Source of the DNA: Acidimicrobiia bacterium
GTDB lineage: Bacteria > Actinomycetota > Acidimicrobiia > Spongiisociales > ZC4RG35
Assembly (NCBI GenBank): GCA_965216905.1
Contig: OZ244213.1
Location: 2,188,089 to 2,252,088 of the forward strand
DNA length: 64,000 nucleotides
Direction of reading: 5' to 3'
This document shows, piece by piece, positions 26,634 to 36,185 of the stretch. The translations under genes were made by a program, and so were the position numbers. The stretch's first letter is position 1, and every line of letters begins with the position of its first letter. The notes beneath the pieces are model-generated. The model made no database searches and was not told where the DNA came from. It worked only from the letters and a program-made list of their open reading frames with translations.

Positions 26634-26699
26634 GAGTGGATTGCGGGCCACATGGTACGCCAACCGGATGCAGCTGCGATCACCATACAATTCGGGGGG

Positions 26700-27956
26700 A
26701 TGAGTCAGATCGTCGTGGAGGGAGGTCACGTCCTCCGAGGGACCGTCGGGGTGCTCGGCGCCAAGAACGCCGTCCTCAAGGAGATGGCGGCGACCCTTCT
26801 CGCCCCGGGACGTCATCAGCTCTCGAATGTACCCGGTATCGCCGACGTCGACCTGATGGGCGACGTGTTGCGGCACACCGGCGCCCATTGCTCGGCCGCA
26901 GACCATGGACTGTCGATCGTCATCCCCGACGAGCTCGTGCCGGAGGCCCCGATCGAGCTGGTGCGGGCGATGCGCGCCTCGATCGTGATCTTGGGTCCGC
27001 TTCTCGCCCGGTGCGGCGAGGCTCGAGTGGCGCTCCCCGGAGGCGACGATCTCGGAGCGCGGCCGATCGACATGCATCTGGGAGGCCTCGAACAGATGGG
27101 CGCCGAGTTCGAGTTGGTTCACGGGGTGTTGCGAGGAAAGGTGGAGGGCAGGCTGCGGGGGGCCGAGATCGAGCTTCCGTTCCCGAGCATGGGCGCGACC
27201 GAGAATCTGCTCCTGGCAGCCACCCGGGCGGCCGGTGAAACGGTGATCGTCAACGCGGCCCGTGAGCCGGAGATCGAAGATCTGGCCGCCATGCTCGGCG
27301 CGATGGGCGCACAGGTCGATGGTGCCGGCACCGCCATCATCCGCGTGGTCGGCGTGGAAGCACTGCAGCCGGTGGAGCATGCCGTCATCGCCGACCGGTT
27401 GGAGGCCGGAACCTACGCCGTCGCCGGCGCCATCACCGGAGGCGATGTGACGATCACGGGCTGTCAACCGAATCATCTCCGGATGGAGTTGTTGAAGCTG
27501 GAGGAGTCGGGCTGCACGGTGGAGCGTGGTGAGGGATGGTTGCGGGTGTCGGGCCCGGAGCGCCCGACCGCGGTGGACTTCGCCACCTTGCCCTATCCGG
27601 GCTTTCACACCGACATGCACCCGCAGATGGTCGCCTATCTGAGTGTGGCGGACGGGACCTCGGTCATCACCGAGAACCTGTACGACGCACGCTTCCGATA
27701 CGTGGGAGAGTTGATGCGGATGGGCGCCGATATCACCACGGAGTGGCAGCATGCCGTGATCCGGGGGGTGGACAACCTCAGCGGGGCTCCGGTCCTCGCA
27801 CACGACATCCGGGCCGGCGCCGCACTGGTGCTCGCCGGTCTGCGGGCCGACGGTCGGAGCGTGATCGGTGACGCCGAGCACATCGATCGAGGGTACGAGG
27901 ACTTCGTCGGCCGGCTGCGGTCTCTGGGAGCCGAGGTCGGCCGGAACGAGGAGTGA
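26700..27956 (+). CDS. murA: UDP-N-acetylglucosamine 1-carboxyvinyltransferase
   Basis: GGGGGG RBS. MSQIVVEGG...GAKNAVL...the active-site region and the full 418-aa EPSP-like fold are present. Confidence 0.9.
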   Translation: MSQIVVEGGHVLRGTVGVLGAKNAVLKEMAATLLAPGRHQLSNVPGIADVDLMGDVLRHTGAHCSAADHGLSIVIPDELVPEAPIELVRAMRASIVILGPLLARCGEARVALPGGDDLGARPIDMHLGGLEQMGAEFELVHGVLRGKVEGRLRGAEIELPFPSMGATENLLLAATRAAGETVIVNAAREPEIEDLAAMLGAMGAQVDGAGTAIIRVVGVEALQPVEHAVIADRLEAGTYAVAGAITGGDVTITGCQPNHLRMELLKLEESGCTVERGEGWLRVSGPERPTAVDFATLPYPGFHTDMHPQMVAYLSVADGTSVITENLYDARFRYVGELMRMGADITTEWQHAVIRGVDNLSGAPVLAHDIRAGAALVLAGLRADGRSVIGDAEHIDRGYEDFVGRLRSLGAEVGRNEE

Positions 27957-27957
27957 G

Positions 27958-29574
27958 GTGATCCGCACGACCCGCCGATCGGCGGTGGTGATCGCCTGCG
28001 CCGTGGCCGGGACCCTGTCCATGGCGCTCGCCGGGTCCGGCCTGCCCGGCCCGGCTGCCACGGTGGGCTCGACCTCTCCGACCGTCGACTCGGAGCCGTC
28101 GGTGATCGCCGACACCGTCGAGATCGTTCCGGCTGCCGGCACCCGCCTCGACGTCGGTGGCGTGGGGTTGCGGGGCGTGGTGACGGTGACGGGTCACGAC
28201 ACCGGTCTGGCGGCGGTCGAACGCCTGGCGGTGGACGACTACCTGCTCGGGATCGCCGAGGTCCCCTTCTCCTGGGAGGCCGAAGCCCTGGCGGCTCAGG
28301 CGGTGGCGGCGAGAACCTATCTGGCTCGCACCCTGGCGGACGGGCGAACGGCCGACGGCCGGCGATATGGGTACGACATCTGTGCGACCACGGCATGCCA
28401 GGTCTATGCCGGGGTGGACCTGGTCGAGGGGCCGGAAGGGGACCGCTGGAGCGATGCGGTTCGGCGCACCAGCGGTCAGATCCTGCTCGATGAACGCGGT
28501 CTTCCGGCTCGGGCGTTCTACAGCTCCACCAGCGGAGGGCGGACCCGGTCCGTGGAGGACATCTTCACGGGCGCCGAGCCGGTCCCGTATCTGACGGCGG
28601 TCGATTCACCCGGGGAGGATTCACCCTTCGTCGAATGGGCGTTCGTCGTGACGGGGTGGGAGATGGAGCGCTTGGCGCTCGAGGCCGGATTGATCGAGGG
28701 CGAGCTGATCGACGTGTCCACCACCGTGACCGAGGATGGTGAGGGTCCGTGGACGGTCACCTTCGAGGGAACCGAACGGTCGTCGGTGGTCCCCACCTGG
28801 GAGCTGAGGACTTCGCTGAACCGGGCGGCCCAAGCGACGATGCCGGAGCGGTTGCCGGTCGAGCGCCCCGATGTCGACCGGCGGTATCCGCAGACCATTC
28901 TCTCGCCGAGCTTCGTCATCTCGTCGACCGATGTGGTTCTCCCCGCCGTGCTCGGACCCTCGCCAACCGTGCGCCTGTACCGCATCGAGGGCACCGGGTG
29001 GGGGCACCTGGTGGGGATGAGCCAGTACGGCGCGCAGGCGATGGGCGGACGCGGTGCCAACTATCCCGACATTCTCGCCCACTTCTACGGAGGCCTGCGG
29101 CCGGCCGACGCCTCCGACCGGCTACCGGAAGAGTTGACGGTGGCGATCGCAGAAGAGGTGCCGGATTTGCTGGTCGCTCCCGACGGTCCGGTCGAGGTCT
29201 CGGTGGACGGTACGACGATCGCCACCGACGCGCTGGGTGGGTGGCGGATGGAGGCGAGCGGCGAACGCATCCGGGTGTGGCCGCCGGTGGGTCTCGGAAT
29301 TCCCCCGGAGATCGAGAGTGTCGTCGTCACCGGCCGGGTGGTGATGGTCGATCTCAACGCCGCCGGACGATTGTTCGTCGGTGCTCGGATCGGGCGAGAA
29401 TGGACGACGCTCCGCACCTGGGACCTGGTCGAAGCCGGACGAGTGGTTTCGATCGCCTCGGGCGAGGTCGATCGTGTGACCGTGATGGTTCGATCGGGGG
29501 ATGGATTCGACCGCAGGACCGTCTCGGTCACCATCCAGGAATGTCTTCCCGGTGCTCCGTGTTTCCCACGGTGA
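27958..29574 (+). CDS. SpoIID/LytB-domain protein (amidase enhancer-like), secreted
   Basis: Signal/anchor AVVIACAVAGTLSMALAGSG. SpoIID core (AVDDYLLGIAEVPFSWEAEALAAQAVAARTYLA...YDICATTACQVY...FYSSTSGGRT). Confidence 0.75.
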   Translation: MIRTTRRSAVVIACAVAGTLSMALAGSGLPGPAATVGSTSPTVDSEPSVIADTVEIVPAAGTRLDVGGVGLRGVVTVTGHDTGLAAVERLAVDDYLLGIAEVPFSWEAEALAAQAVAARTYLARTLADGRTADGRRYGYDICATTACQVYAGVDLVEGPEGDRWSDAVRRTSGQILLDERGLPARAFYSSTSGGRTRSVEDIFTGAEPVPYLTAVDSPGEDSPFVEWAFVVTGWEMERLALEAGLIEGELIDVSTTVTEDGEGPWTVTFEGTERSSVVPTWELRTSLNRAAQATMPERLPVERPDVDRRYPQTILSPSFVISSTDVVLPAVLGPSPTVRLYRIEGTGWGHLVGMSQYGAQAMGGRGANYPDILAHFYGGLRPADASDRLPEELTVAIAEEVPDLLVAPDGPVEVSVDGTTIATDALGGWRMEASGERIRVWPPVGLGIPPEIESVVVTGRVVMVDLNAAGRLFVGARIGREWTTLRTWDLVEAGRVVSIASGEVDRVTVMVRSGDGFDRRTVSVTIQECLPGAPCFPR

Positions 29575-29611
29575 GAACAGACCCCCGCTGCGAGTACCGT
29601 GTGGTGCGCAC

Positions 29612-29908
29612 ATGAGTGAGACTTCGATTCCCATCGCCAGCATCAAGAGCCCGTCGCGCTCGGCCGACCAACCGGCCGGAGCGATCGACATCGCCAAGCT
29701 CGAAGAGACGCTGGAGTACATCCGGCCTGCGATTCAGATGGATGGAGGGGACATCATCCTCACCGGTGTCGAGGGCGGGGAGGTCAACATCCAGATGGTG
29801 GGCGCCTGCGGTGGATGCCCCATGTCGATGATGACGCTCAAGGCGGGAATCGAACGCATCTTGCGCGATCGCGTTCCCGGAGTCGAAACGGTCAACGCCA
29901 CCGCCTGA
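29612..29908 (+). CDS. NifU C-terminal (Nfu-type) Fe-S cluster scaffold domain protein
   Basis: LEYIRPAIQMDGGDIILTGVEGGEVNIQMVGACGGCPMSMMTLKAGIE carries the CxxC Nfu motif. Confidence 0.7.
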   Translation: MSETSIPIASIKSPSRSADQPAGAIDIAKLEETLEYIRPAIQMDGGDIILTGVEGGEVNIQMVGACGGCPMSMMTLKAGIERILRDRVPGVETVNATA

Positions 29909-30004
29909 ATCCCCTCCGTGGTCGGCCGCCCGTCGCCTGTCTCCTGGTCGCCCGTCGGTGTCACGGTTCGGTAGCCTCGACCGCCCAACCGGCGAGGAGG
30001 CACC

Positions 30005-30922
30005 GTGAGTGAAGGCATCGACGTCGCCTCCGTCTTCACCCGTCTGGAGCACGGTGATCGGCGAGCCCTGGCCCGGGCCATCTCGACCGTGGAGGATCGT
30101 CGCGACGGCGCGGCCGACCTGGTGATGGCCGCCTTTTCGGCTGCGTCGGGCAGGATCATCGGTGTGACGGGTGCCCCCGGATCCGGGAAGAGCACGCTGG
30201 TCGATGCCCTGGTGGAACACCTGCGACGGGCCGATCGGCGCGTGGCGGTGGTGGCGGTCGATCCGGCATCCCCCTTCACCGGCGGTGCGATCCTCGGCGA
30301 TCGGATCCGGATGCAGCGCCACGTCGACGATCGGCAGGTGTTCGTCCGCTCGATGTCGAATCGGGGCCACCTCGGCGGGCTGGCTTCGACCACCGCCCAG
30401 GTGGCCACGTTGCTGGCGGTTGGACACGATCCCGTGATCGTGGAGACGGTCGGGGTCGGGCAGAGCGAGGTGGAGATTGTCGATCTCGCCCATGTGACGC
30501 TGGTCGTCCAGGCCCCCGGCTTCGGTGACGGGGTTCAGGTCGCCAAGGCCGGGGTGCTCGAGATCGGCGACGTGTATGTGGTCAACAAATCAGACCTTCC
30601 CGGCGCCGATGCGCTCGTTCGCGACCTCACGCAGGTGACGAAACATGCCCATGGCATGGCCATCCCGGTGGTCGAAACGGTCGCCAGCGCCGGCGAAGGC
30701 ATTGGAACCCTGTGGGCGGAGGTCGACTCGATCCTGGAACGCTGGTCGCCGGGCGATGACGCCGACCGGGCCACCCGCTTGGTCCGGGCCGCAGTTCGAG
30801 ATCAGCTGGCTGCTCGAGTGCGCGACGTACCGCTGGCTGCCGAGCTCATCGATGCAGTGGTTGCTCGCCGGCAGGACCCGTGGACGGCTGCAGCTGAGCT
30901 GGTGGCATCCGTCAGGAGCTGA
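30005..30922 (+). CDS. meaB: methylmalonyl-CoA mutase-associated GTPase MeaB/ArgK
   Basis: P-loop GVTGAPGSGKST, followed by DPASPFTGGAILGDRIRM and VVNKSDL. Confidence 0.85.
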   Translation: MSEGIDVASVFTRLEHGDRRALARAISTVEDRRDGAADLVMAAFSAASGRIIGVTGAPGSGKSTLVDALVEHLRRADRRVAVVAVDPASPFTGGAILGDRIRMQRHVDDRQVFVRSMSNRGHLGGLASTTAQVATLLAVGHDPVIVETVGVGQSEVEIVDLAHVTLVVQAPGFGDGVQVAKAGVLEIGDVYVVNKSDLPGADALVRDLTQVTKHAHGMAIPVVETVASAGEGIGTLWAEVDSILERWSPGDDADRATRLVRAAVRDQLAARVRDVPLAAELIDAVVARRQDPWTAAAELVASVRS

Positions 30923-33551
30923 GACTGGACTCGGCGACCTGTATCTCGGCTTGGGCGGCTGCCAGCCGGGCAACATGAACCCGCGGTGGTGAACACGAGA
31001 CGTAGTCGAGTCCAGGCACGGTTCGACAGAACGCGATCGAGGTTGGGTCGCCCCCGTGCTCGCCGCACACCCCCACGGTCAGCGCCGGATTGGCGGACCG
31101 GCCCTCTTCGGTGGCGACGCGCACGAGCCGGCCGACACCGTCGACGTCGAGCGTTTGGAACGGGTCGAAGCTCAGGATGCCTCGTTCGATGTAGTCGCGC
31201 AGGAACACGCCTTCGGCATCGTCCCGGCTGAGACCGAACGTCATCTGTGTGAGGTCGTTGGTTCCGAACGAGAAGAAGTCGGCGACCTCGGCGATCTCCC
31301 CGGCGGTCAGGGCCGCTCGGGGGAGCTCGATCATCGTTCCAACCGGGATGTGAAGCTCGTGGCCGGTCTCCCGCCCGGCATCTGTGATCTTCTCGTCGAT
31401 CATCGTGCGGATGCGACGAAGCTCCTCGGTGGTGCTCACCAGCGGAATCATGATCTCGAGCCGGGGGTTGCCCCCGGCCTCGATCCGCCGGATGACCGCC
31501 GTGATCGCCGCCTCGGCCTGGAGCCGGTAGAGATGCTCCAGCATGATCCCGAGCCGGACCCCGCGCAGCCCGAGCATTGGATTGTCTTCCGCCCACCGTT
31601 CGACTTTCTTCTGGAGCGTCTCGAGATCGGTCGTCGACTGCCCGGCCTTGGCGAGCGTGAGTTGCTTCTGTTGGAGTTCATGAACCGACGGAAGGAACTC
31701 GTGCAGCGGCGGGTCGAGGAGCCGGACGATCACCGGCAGCCCGTCCATTGCCTCGAGCAGACCTTCGAAATCGTCGGTTTGCATGCGTCGCAGGTCCTCG
31801 AGCGCGTCGTTCCTGATGGTGTCGTCCTCGGCGAGGATGATCCGTTGGACGATGTCCAGGCGCTCGCCCATGAACATGTGTTCGGTGCGCGCCAGTCCGA
31901 TTCCCTGGGCGCCGTAGGCGCGCGCCTTGGCGGCGTCCTCCGGCGTGTCGGCATTGGCGCGGACCCCTAACACTCGGATCTCGTCGGCCCATTCGAGCAA
32001 CTCGTCCAGCTCCGGTGTGTGTTCGGGCTCGACGACATCGAGCATGCCGAGATACAGCCGCCCGGTGGTGCCGTCGATCGTGACCGGGTCACCCTCTCGT
32101 ACGATGTGTTCGCCGATGCGGGCGGCGCGGACCTCGTCGTTCACCACCATCGCCGCGACGGCGGTCACCGCCGGTTTCCCCATCCCGCGAGCGACGACGG
32201 CTGCATGGCTCGTCTTCCCACCCTGGCTGGTGAGGATCCCGTCGGCGGCCGACATGCCGTGGATGTCGTCCGGCGTCGTCTCGGCTCTCACCAGCACCAC
32301 CCGGCGCCCTGTGGCGGCGGCCTCGGCGGCACGGTCGGCATCGAAGACCGCTTCGCCTTGTGCGGCGCCCGGCGAGGCGGCGACTCCCATGGCGATCGGC
32401 TCGACGGTCTCGCCCTCGGCGATTCGGGGTCGTTCGAGCTGCTCGAGCTGGGCAGGCTCGACTCGCGCAACGGCAGTGCGGCGATCGATCAGACCCTCAT
32501 GGGCCATCTCCACGGCGGCCCGGACGGCGGCAGCGGCGGTGCGCTTGGCGGCTCGAGTCTGCAGTATCCACAGGGTGCCCCGCTCCACGGTGAACTCGAT
32601 GTCGGCCATGTCGGTGGTCTCGCGCTCGAGATGCTGCATGATCTGGAGGAGCTCGGCGTGGATGTCGGCGTGCCGCAGCCGGAGTTCATCCAGCGACAGA
32701 GGATCCCGGATGCCCGCCACCACATCTTCGCCCTGAGCCATCGGGAGGTACTCACCGTACGGAGTCCGCACACCGGTCGAGGGATCCCTCGTGAAGCACA
32801 CGCCCGTACCCGAGTCCTGACCGAGATCCCCGAAGACCATCATCTGGATGTTGGCCGCCGTCCCGAGATGGTTGGCGATGTTGGAGATCTTCCGGTAGTG
32901 CCGCGCTCGGGGGTTGTCCCACGACCGGAACACCGCCTCGATGGCGCGTCGGAGCTGTTCTCGGGGGTCGATCGGCACTTGTCCGCCCCCGTCGGTCACC
33001 AACTGCTTGAAGCTGGCGACCACCCCCGCCAGGTCGTCGGCCGTGAGCTTGGAGTCGTCGGTGACTCCCCGCGCCTCGCGGGCGGCCGCCAAGACCTTCT
33101 GGAATGGTTTGGTGTCGATGTCGAGGACGACGTCGGCGTACATCTGGAGGAACCGCCGGTAGGAGTCGTACGCAAAATGCGGATCGTCGGACCATTCGAC
33201 GAGTTGCGGGAGTACGTCGTCGTTGATGCCCAGATTGAGGACGGTGTCCATCATTCCCGGCATCGAGACGGCTGCTCCGCTTCGAACCGACACCAAGAGG
33301 GGTGGGGACCCGCCGAAGTGCCGGTCGACGGAGGCTTCGAGCCGCTCCATCGCCGCATCGACCTGATCCCACAAGTCATCGGGCATGACGCCGGTGTCCA
33401 TGACGTGCCGGCACGCATCGGTCGTCACCGTGAAGCCGGGTGGAATCCGCATGCCGAGCGCCGTCATGGCGGCCAGTCCCGCCCCCTTGCCGCCCACCAG
33501 GTGCTTGTCGGTCACCCCGTCGGCGAAGTCACAGATCCAAGAACTTTGCAC
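30912..33551 (-). CDS. ppdK: pyruvate, phosphate dikinase
   Basis: 879 aa. ATP-grasp N-domain (GGKGAGLAAM), phospho-His domain (GGKTSHAAVVARGMG) and C-terminal PEP-utilising TIM barrel. Confidence 0.9.
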   Translation of the reverse strand: MQSSWICDFADGVTDKHLVGGKGAGLAAMTALGMRIPPGFTVTTDACRHVMDTGVMPDDLWDQVDAAMERLEASVDRHFGGSPPLLVSVRSGAAVSMPGMMDTVLNLGINDDVLPQLVEWSDDPHFAYDSYRRFLQMYADVVLDIDTKPFQKVLAAAREARGVTDDSKLTADDLAGVVASFKQLVTDGGGQVPIDPREQLRRAIEAVFRSWDNPRARHYRKISNIANHLGTAANIQMMVFGDLGQDSGTGVCFTRDPSTGVRTPYGEYLPMAQGEDVVAGIRDPLSLDELRLRHADIHAELLQIMQHLERETTDMADIEFTVERGTLWILQTRAAKRTAAAAVRAAVEMAHEGLIDRRTAVARVEPAQLEQLERPRIAEGETVEPIAMGVAASPGAAQGEAVFDADRAAEAAATGRRVVLVRAETTPDDIHGMSAADGILTSQGGKTSHAAVVARGMGKPAVTAVAAMVVNDEVRAARIGEHIVREGDPVTIDGTTGRLYLGMLDVVEPEHTPELDELLEWADEIRVLGVRANADTPEDAAKARAYGAQGIGLARTEHMFMGERLDIVQRIILAEDDTIRNDALEDLRRMQTDDFEGLLEAMDGLPVIVRLLDPPLHEFLPSVHELQQKQLTLAKAGQSTTDLETLQKKVERWAEDNPMLGLRGVRLGIMLEHLYRLQAEAAITAVIRRIEAGGNPRLEIMIPLVSTTEELRRIRTMIDEKITDAGRETGHELHIPVGTMIELPRAALTAGEIAEVADFFSFGTNDLTQMTFGLSRDDAEGVFLRDYIERGILSFDPFQTLDVDGVGRLVRVATEEGRSANPALTVGVCGEHGGDPTSIAFCRTVPGLDYVSCSPPRVHVARLAAAQAEIQVAESSLSS

Positions 33552-33761
33552 GTTTCTACCTCCGAGCCACGAGTATGGCCGGTACCCCGGGTGGTTCGGC
33601 GGCGCCTCGTCGAAAGATCGTCCGTTCTTTCGACTGTTGGTTGTTCGAGTGATGGTCGCTTCAGCCCCGGACGTTCGGCCGGGTCCGACCGGGCACCTGT
33701 CGGTTGATGATCGGCAGCGCTACCCTGCCGGTGCACGATCGTCGGACCAGCCGGAGCATCC

Positions 33762-34328
33762 ATGGCGCGCACCAGCGTTCCTCAGAAACCCGAACCCGCC
33801 GCGTCGCCGCGGGCCTCGATCAACTGGAAGCCCTTTGCGATCGCCGCGGTCGTCGTGGCGGCCTTCGCAGCGTTGATCCTCCTCGACCCGGAGCCGCCCG
33901 GCGTGGAGTTCCCCGACCAGGGCAACCTCCACCTGGTCGACTTATCCCAGGAGCACGTCGCCTACAACTCTCGACCAGCGTCGTCCGGCCCCCACATGGG
34001 CGGAGGATTTCCCACCGGCGTCCAGACCGAGCAGGTGCCCGAAGAGTTGTTCGTGCACACGCTCGAGGACGGCGGCGTGGTCTTCGCCTATGACTGTCCT
34101 GACGGATGCGATGACCTGGTCGCCGAGCTGGCGGCGCTGACCGAAGAGGACGAGCGGCGAATGCTGACGCCCTACGAGGACATCTCCCACGACGGGACCA
34201 GTTATCGGGCGGCTGCCGTGGTGTGGACTCGGGTCTTCTACTTCGATGAGCTGACCGACGATACGCGGTCGGAGTTGGAGACGTTCCTGTCGATCTACGA
34301 AGGGGTCGACCACCACGCCCGCAACTGA
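33762..34328 (+). CDS. DUF3105-family membrane-anchored protein
   Basis: One TM segment, then YNSRPASSGPHMGG and FVHTLEDGGVVFAYD, which resemble the DUF3105 conserved blocks. Confidence 0.55.
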   Translation: MARTSVPQKPEPAASPRASINWKPFAIAAVVVAAFAALILLDPEPPGVEFPDQGNLHLVDLSQEHVAYNSRPASSGPHMGGGFPTGVQTEQVPEELFVHTLEDGGVVFAYDCPDGCDDLVAELAALTEEDERRMLTPYEDISHDGTSYRAAAVVWTRVFYFDELTDDTRSELETFLSIYEGVDHHARN

Positions 34329-34345
34329 CCCCGGCCGGCAGATTC

Positions 34346-35230
34346 CTATCCCGTGAGCGCCGCGCCGAGGGCGAGGAGCACGCCGACCACCAGCTGCAGC
34401 CGGGCCGTACCGCCGAGAAGCGGGAGGAAGTCTCGTGGCTCCGATGCCCGCCTTGCCGTGTTCGCCAGCCGCCAAGCGAGCGGAGCAACCAATACTGCCA
34501 ACCCACTCGGCCGGGGCGAGACGCCGATCAGGGCACACCCGGCGATGATGCCGAAGGCCCCGGCCAGGAGTCCCGCGTAGAGCCTCCGGCTCCGGCTGTC
34601 GCCCAACACGACCGCCAGCGTCCGCTTCCCCACCGAAGCATCGGTGGGGCGGTCCCGGAGGTTGTTCGCCACCAGGATGGCCGCGGCCAGACACCCCATG
34701 GCCGCACCCAGCCACCACGCGGCCGGCCCCGCCGTCCGGTCGTGGACGAGACGGCTCCCCACGGTGGCGACGAGTCCGAAGAAGACGAAGACCGCCACCT
34801 CGCCGAGCGCTCGGTATCCGTAGGGAATGGGGCCACCAACGTACGTCAGCATGGCAACGACCGACGCGATGCCGATCCAGGCGATGATCCAGCCGGCGAT
34901 CGAGATCAGATACGCGCCGGCGAGTGCCGCGACGGCGATCGCCGTCCAAGTGGCAGTCCACATCGATCGCGGATCGATGATGCCCGACGCCACCAAACGA
35001 GTCGGTCCGACTCGCTCGGCGGGGTCGGCACCGCGTGCCGCGTCCGATGCATCGTTTGCGAAATTGGCACCGACCTGAATCGCCAGCGCTCCGAGGAGTG
35101 CGGCGGCGGCTGCATCCCACCGGAACACGCCGGCGGACTGCGCGAGTCCGGAGCCCACCAGAACCGGCGCAACCGCCGCCGGCAGCGTCCGTGGTCGCGC
35201 CGCCTCCACCCAGTCCGAGAGCTTCGCCAT
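34346..35230 (-). CDS. menA: 1,4-dihydroxy-2-naphthoate polyprenyltransferase (UbiA superfamily)
   Basis: NDxxDxxxG motif (NFANDASDAARGAD) and 8-9 TM helices. Confidence 0.8.
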   Translation of the reverse strand: MAKLSDWVEAARPRTLPAAVAPVLVGSGLAQSAGVFRWDAAAAALLGALAIQVGANFANDASDAARGADPAERVGPTRLVASGIIDPRSMWTATWTAIAVAALAGAYLISIAGWIIAWIGIASVVAMLTYVGGPIPYGYRALGEVAVFVFFGLVATVGSRLVHDRTAGPAAWWLGAAMGCLAAAILVANNLRDRPTDASVGKRTLAVVLGDSRSRRLYAGLLAGAFGIIAGCALIGVSPRPSGLAVLVAPLAWRLANTARRASEPRDFLPLLGGTARLQLVVGVLLALGAALTG

Positions 35231-35300
35231 TTCCGCATGCTATGGCCGGACGGGCGAGGCCCCACATCGGCGGGCGGATGAAGCCCGGACCGGTGGCGAT

Positions 35301-35972
35301 ATGCTCCCGGGCGTGCCTGTCGATCTCCCTGATCCGACTTCACTGCTCGCCGTGTGGGCCGCCGGCGTCGCGCTCGGTGCGGCACTGGTCGCTCGCTGGC
35401 GGGTGGTCGGTCCCGGATTCTTGTGGACCGCCGCCGGCACGGCGGTCCTGATCGGATTCTTCACCCTGCCGCTGGGTCTACCGGCCGGATTCGGTTTGAT
35501 CGCGGTGGTGGCCGGGGCCGTGCTGGCCCGCCGTTCCTCGTGGGCGTTCGGTCTGTTCGCCGTTGCCGCTATCTCGTTTGCGGCGGCGGCGATGACGGAG
35601 TCGCCTTGGTTCTTGGTGGTGTCGGGGTTGCTGGCGCTGGGGGGAACCACCTCCGAGATGCTGCTCGGCCATTGGTACTTGATCGATCCCCAACTCCCAC
35701 GCTGGTCGTTGCGCGCCCTCGACGCCGGAGGTATCGCCGGACTCGCCGCCGATGCGGTGCTGGTGGTTGCGTTGGGTGGCTTGGCCGGCGCCGGCACCCT
35801 GGCGTGGGTCTACACAGCCCTGGCAGGAATTGGCATCCTGATGATGGTGGGCGTGTGGTTCTCACTGCGAGAGAAGGGCTATGAGGGAGTGATGGCCGCC
35901 ACCGGTCTGTCGTACCTCTCCGTGCTCACCACCCTCGGCTCGGTGGCGCTCGGCCGGTTCCTGCTCGGCTAG
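35301..35972 (+). CDS. hypothetical polytopic membrane protein
   Basis: 223 aa, highly hydrophobic, GC3-rich. Confidence 0.45.
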   Translation: MLPGVPVDLPDPTSLLAVWAAGVALGAALVARWRVVGPGFLWTAAGTAVLIGFFTLPLGLPAGFGLIAVVAGAVLARRSSWAFGLFAVAAISFAAAAMTESPWFLVVSGLLALGGTTSEMLLGHWYLIDPQLPRWSLRALDAGGIAGLAADAVLVVALGGLAGAGTLAWVYTALAGIGILMMVGVWFSLREKGYEGVMAATGLSYLSVLTTLGSVALGRFLLG

Positions 35973-36046
35973 GGCTCGGGGGCATCAGCAGGAAGGCTCT
36001 CGAACGCAAGGGCGGTCCGGCCGTTGCGCGTGGCCGGCGGGTGGTA

Positions 36047-36117
36047 GTTTCGAAAACGGGTGGCCGCCGGGATCGAGTGACCGATCCGCTGGCGGCTCAG
36101 TCCAGTTTCGAAAACGT
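36047..36117. promoter_or_regulatory. two copies of an AT-rich palindrome (aGTTTCGAAAACg) 58 bp apart, upstream of the LVIVD-protein gene
   Basis: Exact 13-mers at 36047-36059 and 36105-36117, each with core TTTCGAAA (a perfect palindrome), flanked by GC-rich arms. Confidence 0.4.
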
Positions 36118-36185
36118 GTGACCACGGCTCAGAGAGGAGTTCCATACGACACCGAACGGCGATCCTGCTCACGACGATCATCTCG

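Noticed and set aside
26454-26700. N-terminal extension of murA ORF (MSPAGCPSRMSQPDV...) and ORF 26396..26686
   Set aside because: Both are translations of the 13-bp tandem repeat and the tRNA gene, producing periodic peptide artefacts. murA has a strong RBS and ATG at 26700.
25911-28142. 743-aa minus-strand ORF
   Set aside because: It reads through the tRNA-Glu gene, the 13-bp repeat array and antisense murA. Only its last 169 codons (DsbB-like, from ATG 26420) are credible.
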